This document shows positions 1 through 9,873 of a stretch of DNA of 64,000 nucleotides, in pieces. Under the pieces are notes generated by a model, which worked only from the letters and a program-made list of their open reading frames with translations, made no database searches and was not told the DNA's origin. Location of the stretch: assembly GCA_903875345.1 (NCBI GenBank), contig CAIQVS010000210.1:11861-75860 (forward strand). The letters run 5' to 3'. The DNA is from an uncultured Pseudomonadota bacterium. GTDB lineage: Bacteria > Pseudomonadota > Alphaproteobacteria > UBA9219. Numbering within the stretch: the stretch's first letter is position 1; each line of letters starts with the position of its first letter. The translations under genes and the position numbers were made by a program.

Positions 1-368
1 GCTATGCCGAGGTCAAATCGACCGACACCTCCCACGCCGATCTGCATTTGCCGTTTTATGCCTATGACAATCTCGCGGATTTCACCTTGCCGAAAGATTG
101 CGCGCTGGTCGGGGTTGAGCTTCTGGACGAGGCCGTGAACCTGCCGAGCTTCCGGCATCCGCTGCGCGCCGCCTATGTGTTGGGGCCGGAAAAAGGCAGT
201 CTGTCGCCTGAGCTGACGCGGCGTTGCGACCATATCGTCAAAATTCCCGCCAAGTTCTGCGTCAATGTCGGCATCGCCGGAGCAATCGTGATTTATGACC
301 GCATGATCTCGCTCGGCTCCTTCGCCGAACGTCCGGTGCGGGTCGGTCGGCGCGACAAAACCTCGTAG
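1..368 (+). CDS. SpoU/TrmH-family RNA 2'-O-methyltransferase, C-terminal fragment (5' end outside window)
   Basis: Frame 3 is open from the window edge to TAG 366-368. LGPEKGSLSPEL and KIPAKFCVNVGIAGAIVIYD resemble SpoU motifs 2 and 3. Confidence 0.75.
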   Translation, partial: YAEVKSTDTSHADLHLPFYAYDNLADFTLPKDCALVGVELLDEAVNLPSFRHPLRAAYVLGPEKGSLSPELTRRCDHIVKIPAKFCVNVGIAGAIVIYDRMISLGSFAERPVRVGRRDKTS

Positions 369-486
369 GGTTGCATTTCATTGGCGCTTGATAAGGTTCT
401 GGAACTCCCCAAGTTCCTGTCGTATTCTAAAAAACAGTAGCAGGCGCGATTCGTCCTGCGGATTTTGACCCCTTCGTCGGCGCTTC

Positions 487-3400
487 ATGCGGATCCGGAT
501 TCATCTGCTTACCTTGACTGTTCCCCTGCTGATGGGGCTTTACGCTTCGGCCTATGCCGAGGACGCCGTTGCGTCGGCGTCGGCGTCGGCGTCCGCCAAG
601 ATCGCCTTGACGGCGCGCGCGGGGGAACATCCCGATTTTGACCGGATCGTTTTCGACTGGCCGCGTCCGACGCCCTATCATCTTCATCGCGACGGGGCGA
701 ATGTCACGCTCGCTTTCGACGCTCCGGCGGACGCGCATTTCAACGGTTTTTCCTTTTTGACCCGCGCGCGCGGCTTTGCCGCCAGCGTCGATGCCAAGGG
801 CAATCTGGTCGTATCGTTCACGGTTGACGCCAAGGCGTCGTTGAAGGATTTCACCAGCGGTAATTCGATCGCTGTCGATATTGTCGGCGCAACGTCGCCA
901 ACGCCGGAGAAACAGGTTCCCCCGCAACCGGCGGCGCAACCCAATTCCGGACAATCGCAACCTGTCGCGGCGACGATCCAGCCGCCGACCCTTGCCACCC
1001 CCGCGCCGGCCAGTCCATCCGTTGCGTCAGCCAATCCACCAGCAGCGTCGCAATCGCCCCCTCCGTCGAATTCCGCATCGGCTCCGATTCCGCCTTCAGC
1101 GCCGGTGGCGAGCGCTCCGCCCGCAACCGGTGCGCCGACGCCGTTGTTGTCGCCGAAAGAAAGCGCGCGACCTTCCGTTCCTGCCGCGCCTTCAGCGACA
1201 CAAACAGTCAAAGTACAGCCGTCTGTGCCGCCCGTCAGCATCAAGCCTGACGCAGCGCCACCGGCGCCTGTACCGCCGACATCCGCCGCAGTTCCAACGC
1301 TGAGCGTTGAGACAAAGGCCGTTTCCGCGCCTGACGTTGTTCCCGCTCTGGGGCCAGTTCCGGCGCCAGCTCCCGCTCCTGTTGTCAGCAAGCCGGTTTT
1401 GACCGACTCATCGGGCAAGCCGCTGGAACTGGGCGATACGCCTGTGCAGATAGCCGCGCTTGATCCGCATGTGGAGGCTCGCGCCGTGATTTGGCAGCGC
1501 GGCGGTTATGGCTACGTGGTTTTCGACCGTAAATTTACGCTTTCGTCCCGTGATCTGGCGGCTGGGCAAATGACGCCCCGCGTGACGTTCGAACCGCTTG
1601 AGCTGGCCAAATCCAGCGGATTGCGTTTCGCGGTTCCCGACAACGCAACCGTTCAGGCCACGCGTGACGGAACGGTATGGAAAATATACTTGACCGGCCA
1701 GCAGCCGGACGTTGCCGTCAGCTCGACGCTGGTGGCGCAGCCGGATTTTGCGCTCGGGGCGCGCAATTTGCTGCCGTTGCCCGATGCGCCGGAGCCGGTG
1801 CGCCTGACCGATCCTGTTGTCGGCGACGATCTGGTTCTGATTCCACTCGAACAAACTCAGGCTTTCAGCGTCGCGCGCCGCATGTCCGATTTCCAGATTC
1901 TTCCTGCCGCGCAGGGGTTGGTCATCAAGCCGCAGAATGACAAGCTGATCGTACGCGCGGTTTCGGACGGCATTGAAATTACGGCGGAGGGCGGGTTGCG
2001 GATCTCCGGTTCGAACGATACCGGAGAAGCGCAACAATCATCTCAAAAGGCCAAGGCCAAGGTGGCGGGAAAATCCCTGTTCGACTTCGCCGTCTGGCGC
2101 GGCAAACCGGATGAGACTTTTACCCAGACCCGCCAGCGTTTGCAGCAAACCATCGTCGATGTGCCGGAGCGCGAACGCAACCGCGCGCGGCTTGAGCTGG
2201 CGCGGTTTTATTTTGCCAACGGAAACGGCGAGGAAGCGGTCGCTTTGTTGGCTTGGCTCGCCAAGCAAGTCCCCGATTTGACGGCGCATGCCGATTTTCA
2301 GGCGCTGGACGGCGCTGCCAAGATTCTGGCCTACCATCCTGAGGACGGCTTGCAGGAATTGGCGCAGTCATCCTTCAAGGAGCAACCGGAGATCGAGTTG
2401 TGGCAGGCTGTCGGCGAAGCCGGGATTCGCAACTGGACGGAAGCCGAGGAAAAATTCGCCCTCAGCGAAAACATACTCGCGGGTTATCCGGAACCGTTTT
2501 ATTCGCGCTTTATGGTGCTTGCCATCGAGTCGGCCTCGGCGGTCGGTAATGATCACGAAGCGGCGGATTGGCTGGACCGGTTGCAGGGTGGTCCTCATGC
2601 AAGGGAGATCGAACCCGCGATCAGTTATCTGTCGGGTGTGCTGCACGCGAAATCAGGACGCATTCAGGCCGCCAAGGACGCGTGGAAAGACGCGGTCGCC
2701 GCGACCGATCATCTCTATAAAATTCGCGCCGAGCTGGCCTTGGTCGATCTCGATGTCGCCAACGGCTCCTTGACGGTGGCGCAGGCGGCGGATCGGCTTG
2801 AGGCGTTGCGCTTCGGATGGCGCGGCGATGATCTGGAGCTTGATATTCTGCATCGTCTCGGCGGTTTTTATATTCAGGCGAAAAACGTCAAAGCCGGCCT
2901 CAGCGCCCTGTCGCAGGGGGTGCAGCTTTATCCGAACAGTCCCATGACGCAGCGCATTCGGCAGGAAATGGCGCAGGTGTTCCATGATATTTTCCTCGGC
3001 GAACTTGGCAAAAACATCTCGCCGCTCGATACCCTGACGCTCTATCAGCAATACCGTAATCTGATGCCGTCGGGAGATGACGGCATTGCCGTGACGCGCA
3101 ATTTGGCCGAACGTCTTGTCGCCATTGATTTGCTGGAACAGGCCGGAGATCTGCTCGAAGAACTCGTCAAATACAGGCTTCAGGGGGATGACAAGGGGAA
3201 GGTCAGCGCGCGGCTGGCGGCTATTCGCCTTCTCGATCATAAGCCGGACGCGGCCTTGGCGGGATTGACCTATGCCGACAGCGGATCCTTCCCCGCCGAT
3301 TTGCAGAATGAGCGCCAGCTGCTGCGCGCCAAGGCCTTGTCCGATTTGCATCGTGACGATGAAGCCTTGGCCTTGCTGCAAAACAATCCGCGCGATTCCG

Positions 3401-3819
3401 CGAAACTGCTGCGCGCCGACATCACCATGCATGCCCAGCGTTGGGCGGACGCGGCGAAAACGTTGATGGATCTGGTGGGACCGCCGCCAAAGGCCGGAGA
3501 AACCCTGTCCAACGATCAGGCCGCGTGGCTGGTGAACAGCGCCATTGCTTATTCGCTCGCGGGCGACCAGACGGGACTCGACAAATTGGCGATCGATTAC
3601 GGCACAGCGATGGCCAGCACGCCGCAAGCCGATACGTTCGGCCTTCTGACCCGACCGGAGAAGGAAGGGCAGATGAAAGACATCGCCGCCGCCCAGTCGC
3701 GCATCGCCGACGTCAATCTGTTTCAAGGATTTCTTGACAGCTACCGCAAAACCGCAGGCGACATTCCGGCGGATCAGAAACCAGCGGATAACGATCAGAA
3801 ATCTGCGGATAAGAAGTAG
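487..3819 (+). CDS. Secreted 1110-aa protein: signal peptide, AMIN-like N-domain, long Pro/Ala/Ser-rich linker, helical TPR-like C-terminal half; function unknown
   Basis: The long ORF has high third-position GC. The N-terminus MRIRIHLLTLTVPLLMGLYASAYA looks like a signal peptide. A P/A/S-rich tract spans about 900-1400. The C-terminal part has repeated Ala/Leu-rich helical pairs. Confidence 0.6.
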   Translation: MRIRIHLLTLTVPLLMGLYASAYAEDAVASASASASAKIALTARAGEHPDFDRIVFDWPRPTPYHLHRDGANVTLAFDAPADAHFNGFSFLTRARGFAASVDAKGNLVVSFTVDAKASLKDFTSGNSIAVDIVGATSPTPEKQVPPQPAAQPNSGQSQPVAATIQPPTLATPAPASPSVASANPPAASQSPPPSNSASAPIPPSAPVASAPPATGAPTPLLSPKESARPSVPAAPSATQTVKVQPSVPPVSIKPDAAPPAPVPPTSAAVPTLSVETKAVSAPDVVPALGPVPAPAPAPVVSKPVLTDSSGKPLELGDTPVQIAALDPHVEARAVIWQRGGYGYVVFDRKFTLSSRDLAAGQMTPRVTFEPLELAKSSGLRFAVPDNATVQATRDGTVWKIYLTGQQPDVAVSSTLVAQPDFALGARNLLPLPDAPEPVRLTDPVVGDDLVLIPLEQTQAFSVARRMSDFQILPAAQGLVIKPQNDKLIVRAVSDGIEITAEGGLRISGSNDTGEAQQSSQKAKAKVAGKSLFDFAVWRGKPDETFTQTRQRLQQTIVDVPERERNRARLELARFYFANGNGEEAVALLAWLAKQVPDLTAHADFQALDGAAKILAYHPEDGLQELAQSSFKEQPEIELWQAVGEAGIRNWTEAEEKFALSENILAGYPEPFYSRFMVLAIESASAVGNDHEAADWLDRLQGGPHAREIEPAISYLSGVLHAKSGRIQAAKDAWKDAVAATDHLYKIRAELALVDLDVANGSLTVAQAADRLEALRFGWRGDDLELDILHRLGGFYIQAKNVKAGLSALSQGVQLYPNSPMTQRIRQEMAQVFHDIFLGELGKNISPLDTLTLYQQYRNLMPSGDDGIAVTRNLAERLVAIDLLEQAGDLLEELVKYRLQGDDKGKVSARLAAIRLLDHKPDAALAGLTYADSGSFPADLQNERQLLRAKALSDLHRDDEALALLQNNPRDSAKLLRADITMHAQRWADAAKTLMDLVGPPPKAGETLSNDQAAWLVNSAIAYSLAGDQTGLDKLAIDYGTAMASTPQADTFGLLTRPEKEGQMKDIAAAQSRIADVNLFQGFLDSYRKTAGDIPADQKPADNDQKSADKK

Positions 3820-3827
3820 TCTATAGC

Positions 3828-4667
3828 TTACACAACGCGGTGTTTTTGCGCGCCGAGCCCGTCGATGCCAAGCTCGATGACATCGCCCGCTTTTAGATAG
3901 AGCGGCGGATTGCGTCCGCGCCCGACTCCGTCCGGTGTGCCGGTGGCGATCACGTCGCCGGGCAACAGGGTCATGAATTCGCTGATATAGCTGACGAGTT
4001 TCGCAACCGGAAACAGCATATCGGCGGTTGCGCCGTCCTGCATCACAGCGCCATTGACGCGCGTCCAGAGGCGCAAGGTTTGCGGATCGGGGATTTCGTC
4101 ACGTGTGACGAGCCACGGACCAAGTGGGCAGAAACTGTCGGCGCTCTTGCCTTTGGTGTGCTGCTGTCCGCCGCGTTCGAGCTGGAAAGCGCGCTCCGAA
4201 ACATCGTCGAGCACGCAATATCCGGCGATGTGGCCAAGGGCTTCGGCTTCGCCGATATTCTTCGCGCGCGTGCCGATGACGACACCCAGTTCGACCTCCC
4301 AGTCGGTTTTTTCCGATCCGGGCGGCAGGAGAATGTCGTCCGTCGCGCCGCAAATCGCGCTCGGCGCTTTCAGAAACAGGGTCGGTTCGGTCGGTTGCTT
4401 CGAGCCGGTTTCAACGCCGTGCATCCGGTAATTGATGGCGACGCCGATCACTTTGCTGGATTTGCCAATGCATGCCCCAAGGCGCGGTGAGCCCTCGACT
4501 TTGGGAAGCGCGCGCGGATCAAGCTTGCGCAAGCGGGCAAGCGCCCCCGCATCCAGCGACGCGCCGTCAATGTCGGCGACGAGTGAGGACAGATCGCGGA
4601 GATTTCCGTCGGCATCCATCAGGCCGGGTTTTTCGTGACCCAAATTTCCGTAACGAACAAGGCGCAT
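3828..4667 (-). CDS. Fumarylacetoacetate hydrolase (FAH) family protein
   Basis: 279 aa with FAH-type motifs (WEVELGVVIG, GDVIATGTPDGVG). AGGAGA SD lies 7 nt upstream of ATG 4667. The gene sits 14 nt downstream of purA on the same strand. Confidence 0.85.
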   Translation of the reverse strand: MRLVRYGNLGHEKPGLMDADGNLRDLSSLVADIDGASLDAGALARLRKLDPRALPKVEGSPRLGACIGKSSKVIGVAINYRMHGVETGSKQPTEPTLFLKAPSAICGATDDILLPPGSEKTDWEVELGVVIGTRAKNIGEAEALGHIAGYCVLDDVSERAFQLERGGQQHTKGKSADSFCPLGPWLVTRDEIPDPQTLRLWTRVNGAVMQDGATADMLFPVAKLVSYISEFMTLLPGDVIATGTPDGVGRGRNPPLYLKAGDVIELGIDGLGAQKHRVV

Positions 4668-4680
4668 AGAATTTTCTCCT

Positions 4681-5973
4681 CTAATCCATAAACGGGTCCT
4701 TCATCAGGATCGTATCGTCGCGTTCGGGGCTGGTCGAAAGCAGCGTCACCGGCGCTTCGATCAGCTCCTCAAGGCGGCGGATATATTTGATCGCCCGCGC
4801 CGGAAGCTGCGCCCAGCTGCGCGCGCCGCGCGTGCTTTCTTCCCAGCCCGGACAAATGTCATAGACGGGCTCTACGGCGGCTTGCGCCGTCTGGCTCGCG
4901 GGCAGATAGTCGATTTCCTTGCCGTTGAGTTTGTAGGCGCGGCAGATTTTCAGTTCCTGCATTCCGTCCAGAATATCGAGCTTGGTCAGCGCGATGCCGT
5001 CGATGCCGCCGACCTTGACCGCTTGCCGCACCAGCACCGCGTCAAACCAGCCGCAGCGCCGCTTGCGTCCGGTGACGGTGCCGAATTCCTTGCCGCGCGA
5101 GCCGAGCCTTTCGCCGACCTCGCCCTTGTCCTCCGTCGGGAAGGGACCAGCGCCGACGCGCGTCGTATAGGCCTTGGCGATGCCGAGCACGCGTCCGACG
5201 ACCTTGATGCCGACGCCGGAACCCGACGCGGCGCAAGCCGCCAGAGTCGTGCTGGACGTTACATAGGGGTAGGTGCCGTGATCGATATCGAGCATCGCCG
5301 CCTGTGCGCCTTCGAACAGCATCAACTTGCCTTCGCGTCGCGCGTCTTCGAGGCGCTTCCATATCACATCGGCATAGGGCAAGACTTGCGGCGCGAGCGC
5401 CATCAGATCCTGATAGAGCTGATTGGGGTCGATCTCCGGCAGGCCGAAGCCGCGCAGAAGCACGTTGTAATGCGCCAACAGAATGTCGATTTTCGCGCGC
5501 AGCGCCGTAGGGTCGGCGAGATCGCAGAGGCGGATCGCGCGACGCGCCACTTTGTCCTCATAGGCCGGACCGATGCCGCGTCCCGTTGTGCCGATCTTGC
5601 TGTCGCCGCGCGAGGCTTCGCGGGCGCGGTCGATGATGCCGTGGACGGGCAGGATCAGCGGGCAGTTTTCGGCGACGATCAGATTATCGGGAGAAATCGC
5701 GACGCCCTTGGCGCGGATCGCCTCGATTTCCTTGAGCAGCGCCCACAAATCGACGACGACGCCGTTGCCGATGACCGACAATTTGCCGGAGCGAACGACG
5801 CCCGACGGCAGGAGGCTGAGCTTATATTCCGTCCCGTCGATGACGAGCGTGTGTCCTGCGTTGTGTCCGCCCTGAAACCGCACCACGACATCGGCGCGAT
5901 GCGACAGCCAGTCGACGATCTTGCCCTTGCCCTCATCGCCCCATTGGGCGCCAACTACCGCGACATTTTTCAT
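4681..5973 (-). CDS. purA: Adenylosuccinate synthase
   Basis: 430 aa with [10 protein letters not shown]-loop and [14 protein letters not shown] motifs. Full-length match to the PurA architecture. Confidence 0.97.
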   Translation of the reverse strand: MKNVAVVGAQWGDEGKGKIVDWLSHRADVVVRFQGGHNAGHTLVIDGTEYKLSLLPSGVVRSGKLSVIGNGVVVDLWALLKEIEAIRAKGVAISPDNLIVAENCPLILPVHGIIDRAREASRGDSKIGTTGRGIGPAYEDKVARRAIRLCDLADPTALRAKIDILLAHYNVLLRGFGLPEIDPNQLYQDLMALAPQVLPYADVIWKRLEDARREGKLMLFEGAQAAMLDIDHGTYPYVTSSTTLAACAASGSGVGIKVVGRVLGIAKAYTTRVGAGPFPTEDKGEVGERLGSRGKEFGTVTGRKRRCGWFDAVLVRQAVKVGGIDGIALTKLDILDGMQELKICRAYKLNGKEIDYLPASQTAQAAVEPVYDICPGWEESTRGARSWAQLPARAIKYIRRLEELIEAPVTLLSTSPERDDTILMKDPFMD

Positions 5974-6084
5974 GGAACATCACCTTGCAATAATAAGCAG
6001 CAAGGTTTCGGCGCGATTCAGGGCGCAGCCTTGCAATTCTTCATAGCGTTATTTTCCGTAAAGGCAAGATGGCGCAGGTATTAT

Positions 6085-6852
6085 TTATGCCAAAGCACAG
6101 GTTGCCGCGCTTGACGGGGGCAGATGTCCGGCTCCTTGCGGTGTGCCGAGCCAAGCCGGAGGGTCGGCGGGTGCGGGATTTTCAAAGGCAACCGGCTCCA
6201 TGCCAAGTTCGTGCCGAATATGATTGCGCGTTTCCAGAAGCCGGACGGCGGTCGTTTGCATCGTTATCAGAAGTTGGCGAAATTCCGCCGCTTGGGGAAT
6301 TTCATCGGGCTTGAAAACCTCCGGCTGACGGTCGAGCAACCGGATCATCCGACCGATCCAGTCCGGCAAACGCGTGATGTCCCTAGCCCAGTGCGTCGGC
6401 GTTGTGCCGTTTAATCCGCCGGTTGCTATATGGCGCGCGCGGGCGGATAGATCAGACGGGGGAATTTCTGCGTCAGCTCCCGGCGTATAATCTCGGATAC
6501 AGTGCTCGATAAAATTGTTGGGACACATGCCGATAACAGTGTCGATAGTTTTATCCAGTCGTACACAGAACGGTAAAACCACGCGAGCGTTGATGTCCTG
6601 TTCGACTCGCCTGAAATGATTCTGCTCAAGCGCCGTCCATGCTTCTGCATCTCTCGACCTATCATCGGTCAACGGAAAGTTTGCATGAAGCCGGTCGCGT
6701 TCCTTGTGGGCATCTGCCCAAATCTGCTGAATATCCGATCGCGTCAGTCCACCCCCGCCGAATCGGGAGTATGTATGTCGCAATCCAACAAGCGTTTTAA
6801 GCTCGCTTAAAAAAACGTCCGTCAGCTCCGCAAGTCTGGTTTCATCGGCCAC
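6085..6852 (-). CDS. Hypothetical protein (255 aa), ORFan with a C-terminal RNHIRH (Rx4H) motif
   Basis: GTG start at 6852 has a GGAGAA SD 5 nt upstream. It lies 43 nt downstream of the preceding same-strand gene. The 5' half has lower GC than neighbours. No family was recognised. Confidence 0.5.
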   Translation of the reverse strand: MADETRLAELTDVFLSELKTLVGLRHTYSRFGGGGLTRSDIQQIWADAHKERDRLHANFPLTDDRSRDAEAWTALEQNHFRRVEQDINARVVLPFCVRLDKTIDTVIGMCPNNFIEHCIRDYTPGADAEIPPSDLSARARHIATGGLNGTTPTHWARDITRLPDWIGRMIRLLDRQPEVFKPDEIPQAAEFRQLLITMQTTAVRLLETRNHIRHELGMEPVAFENPAPADPPAWLGTPQGAGHLPPSSAATCALA

Positions 6853-6895
6853 GATCTTCTCCGCAAAATAACGGATTTGAAACGTCTATCGGCGC

Positions 6896-7654
6896 TTAAA
6901 ACTTCACGCTCTTGTGTTCATATCGCCGACCGAGGAAGGACGATAGTTTCCCGCCCTGACTGCCGGGGAACTGCGCCATTTGATAGGACGCGTCGGCCTT
7001 GGTGCGATAGCTCCACAGAGCGTCCGGATTCTGGTGGTAGAAAATATCCGACACGGCTTCGGTGCGTACCCAATCCAGAATCTGCTTGCGGTGGATGATC
7101 TTCCACACTCCGGCGGGACCGGAGGGGCGGCGTTCCAGACGATCGAGATTGCGGCCACCCATGAACACGTCTTCGCGTCCGACCGGCTTCTCAACGCGGC
7201 AATGCAGATGGAAATAGGATTCGACCAGCGCCACGTCGCCGCTCAGCTCGGCGCGCACTTGACCGATCAGGTGATGCGTCGAGCGCAAGCCGTTCAGAAC
7301 GCCAATGATCCATATCACGTAATCATTGCCGGTACCCTGAAAGACGCCGGGGCCGAGATCGATGGTCGCGTCGGGATGAAGCGCCGAACGGAGAAGATTT
7401 TCGTCGATCCGGTCGATGCCGCGCGCGAAGGTTGCAAGCACATTATCAATTTCGCTTTTATCGACAACCGCTTGCAGCCGAGCGGGCAATTTTTCGCCGC
7501 TTTGACCGCCAAGCTGGGAGACGAGACTCGGACGCGAAAGCTTCAGCAACGTGACGTTGCTTTTATGGGGGCGCGCCTGACTTTTCGAAGAAGCGACCTT
7601 TTTGCTTTTGGGCGCAGACTTCTTGGCATCTTTCAGTTTCTTCGTAGAAGGCAT
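6896..7654 (-). CDS. SnoaL_4/NTF2-like fold protein with lysine-rich N-terminal tail
   Basis: GAGGA SD lies 5 nt before ATG 7654 (MPSTKKLKDAKKSAPKSKKVASSKS...). The core IDNVLATFARGIDRIDENLLRSALHPDATIDLG...THHLIG...GDVALVESYF matches the SnoaL-like pattern. Confidence 0.65.
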   Translation of the reverse strand: MPSTKKLKDAKKSAPKSKKVASSKSQARPHKSNVTLLKLSRPSLVSQLGGQSGEKLPARLQAVVDKSEIDNVLATFARGIDRIDENLLRSALHPDATIDLGPGVFQGTGNDYVIWIIGVLNGLRSTHHLIGQVRAELSGDVALVESYFHLHCRVEKPVGREDVFMGGRNLDRLERRPSGPAGVWKIIHRKQILDWVRTEAVSDIFYHQNPDALWSYRTKADASYQMAQFPGSQGGKLSSFLGRRYEHKSVKF

Positions 7655-7993
7655 CACGTTCCTCGCATTCATCTTGTATCGCAACCGTTATGGTTTGCCG
7701 GTCGAAAAACCATTCTGACTAGCAAACGACATAGACCCTTTAGGATTATTAGCACAAAAATGCCGATTCCCTAATGATTTTGATAGTTTCTTGGCGTGAT
7801 TGTGGGGGTCTTATGTCAAGTATGGGCTTGTACAATCGTTAAAATGACAAAATTTCTGCCTGTAACTTAGGATTTTATGACCTTTTTAGGGTCAGGATAC
7901 ACGGCGGGGGCGCAAACAGTCCTTTGGAGTGCCCTGTTTGGCGGGTTTGTGCCCGAAACGGGTCGTGACTTCCGATAAAATCAAGTTATCGGG

Positions 7994-8016
7994 AAGAAAA
8001 CTGCCTTGAAGGGCAG
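7994..8016 (-). terminator. Possible intrinsic terminator downstream of the DUF2336-like gene
   Basis: On the minus strand, CTGCC-CTTCAA-GGCAG is followed by TTTTCTT. A second hairpin CTTCCCGATAA...TTATCGGAAG follows directly. Confidence 0.3.
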
Positions 8017-8064
8017 GGATAAAGTCGATAAATGCCTATGTTTCCGGCTTCGTTTTTGATTCGC

Positions 8065-9216
8065 TCAGGCTTCCAAAGCCAGACCTTCCATGCCCGTTTT
8101 CAGGATATAAGACGGGTCGAGTTTCCAGCTGTTCAGCAGATCATGCGCCAGATTGGTCGTCAGGCGGTCAAAAGCGGCCAGAGCGCGGCTGAGTTCCTGC
8201 GGATGAACAACCTGTTCATCCTGACGTGCGCCGCGCGAAAGCAGGAAGATCGAGACAAATCCTGCCTTGTCAATGCCCAGCCCGCGACATACGACGGCCA
8301 GTTCGCGGCCACCGGACTCGGCGACAATGATGTCGATGACATCGAGGCTCAGTTCGGTCAGGCGGCTTAGGATAATGTTGAAAAGACGGAAATGACCAAG
8401 TCGCAGAACCTGCGGCAGGATGCGCGGCGCCATGGCTTCGCGTTCCTGAAGCCAGTTGGCGATTTGCTCCATAATGTCGCTGTTGCTCTTGTCGAGCTGA
8501 TGATAACTCAAAAGATCATCGACGGTTTTGGCGAGAGCGCGATCGATTTGCCCGGCGGAAATGTTAAAGCGCTTCAGCGTGTAGCGCCGCAGATCCGGCG
8601 ACACCCACCAGTAAAGACGCAACGCCGCATCGGCGAACATTTCGGGGCGTTTCATGATCGGTTCGCGCAGTGTGGCCGTGAAGCGCGCCGTGTCGGCGAC
8701 GACCGTGATGGCTTTGGGCGATAATTTGGCGCCCAGATTTTCGGCAACGATTCGCATCACGTTTATGTCGCCCGTCGTGACGAGGGCATCGGCAACGGCC
8801 TCGTTGACGCTTGCGCGCCGCGCGATCGCCGCAGCGTGGTCGTGGCTTTGGCCTTCGATCACGGAGATCAGGTCAGTGTCGGTCAGCGTTTCGCAATCCG
8901 TTAGAACCTTGGCGGCGACATCAATCGTGTCCTTGGCAAGGTCTGCCGCCAGCGCGTGAGGCATTTTCGTGACATCGCTGAAACGCTCAGCCAGATGAAG
9001 GCGCAAGACCGGGGAATTCGTGCGCAAAAGAACTTCGATCAATTCATTGACCTGTTCCTGCTCGCGCAGGGACAATTCATTGGCATTGCCGAGGCAGATG
9101 TCGGCGAGCATGCCGGCAAGCTCAATGCGGGCAGCCTCGGTGCGTTCGTGCGCGAGCGCAACCATGTCTGGCAATTTTGCCTGAAGCCTACTCATGACAA
9201 TGCCGTCCTTGAGCAT
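8065..9216 (-). CDS. DUF2336-like helical repeat protein
   Basis: All-helical HEAT-like repeats (IARRASVNEAVADALVTTGDINVMRIVAENLGAKLS) fit my recollection of DUF2336. The start is ambiguous between ATG 9216 (GGGA SD) and ATG 9195. Confidence 0.55.
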   Translation of the reverse strand: MLKDGIVMSRLQAKLPDMVALAHERTEAARIELAGMLADICLGNANELSLREQEQVNELIEVLLRTNSPVLRLHLAERFSDVTKMPHALAADLAKDTIDVAAKVLTDCETLTDTDLISVIEGQSHDHAAAIARRASVNEAVADALVTTGDINVMRIVAENLGAKLSPKAITVVADTARFTATLREPIMKRPEMFADAALRLYWWVSPDLRRYTLKRFNISAGQIDRALAKTVDDLLSYHQLDKSNSDIMEQIANWLQEREAMAPRILPQVLRLGHFRLFNIILSRLTELSLDVIDIIVAESGGRELAVVCRGLGIDKAGFVSIFLLSRGARQDEQVVHPQELSRALAAFDRLTTNLAHDLLNSWKLDPSYILKTGMEGLALEA

Positions 9217-9386
9217 TTCTGTCCCTTTGCTTCGCTCGCATTTGCGCCAAGCTCTGCGCAAAGGCCCGAAAAGGCCATTGTGGGACAGACTGTTAGCACT
9301 ATATTACCTACTAAATGATTAAAGACTTTTTCATTATGATGGTGTAATAATACCGTTCGAGTGATATTTTTTCTCGAGAGGCAAAG

Positions 9387-9632
9387 GTGCCGGTTCCGTC
9401 TGTTCCACCTGTTATCATATCCAGCGCGTTGCCCCATGACGCGATTACGAGGATTTTGCCCCAAATTCAGGCTCAGGCCGCCGCGCCGCTTGTTCAGCGG
9501 GCTATCGATCCCTCCACAAACGCCGAGCGTCGGCAAAAGGCGCGAAGCAACGAAGACAACCGCAAAGGGGGCGGCAAAAGCTCCGGTGGAGACAAAGGCG
9601 GCCGTGGCGGTTCGGTCAATATTCGGGTTTGA
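9387..9632 (+). CDS. Doubtful small ORF (81 aa, GTG start) with Gly/Lys-rich low-complexity C-terminus
   Basis: It lies in a GC-rich patch inside a 610-nt AT-rich gap. Third-position GC is modest, and a competing ORF with a better SD exists on the opposite strand (see findings). Confidence 0.2.
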   Translation: MPVPSVPPVIISSALPHDAITRILPQIQAQAAAPLVQRAIDPSTNAERRQKARSNEDNRKGGGKSSGGDKGGRGGSVNIRV

Positions 9633-9873
9633 GTATTTCATTTTTAAATTCCTAATCGCACTGTGACTTTCTCGACATACTGTTTTTGGGTATCTCTGGA
9701 TGCCTGTAATTGCTTTATGCCCTGTCTTGAAATCTGTTTTGCAGCTGCTCACAAAAATATAATACTGCGAAAACATGAAACTAATTCATTGATTCTACGG
9801 TAAAAAATCTGTTAAAAGACTTTTGGCTAATTTCTGCCATTCATGGGTAAGTAGTTATTCCTTTTTGGTATCT

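Noticed and set aside
571-594. A (GCGTCG)n hexanucleotide tandem repeat considered as a CRISPR-like or phase-variation tract
   Set aside because: There are only three to four in-frame units encoding Ala-Ser. Unit changes would not shift the frame, and there is no spacer structure.
4882-6114. A 410-aa ORF antisense to purA
   Set aside because: It is a shadow ORF typical of GC-rich DNA. The purA frame on the opposite strand has unmistakable motifs, while this frame gives an Arg/Ala-rich sequence with no motifs.
9192-9776. The full 194-aa minus-strand ORF upstream of the DUF2336-like gene
   Set aside because: The 5' part (9642-9776) is AT-rich promoter-like DNA. Only the shorter version from ATG 9641 is discussed as a possibility in the findings.
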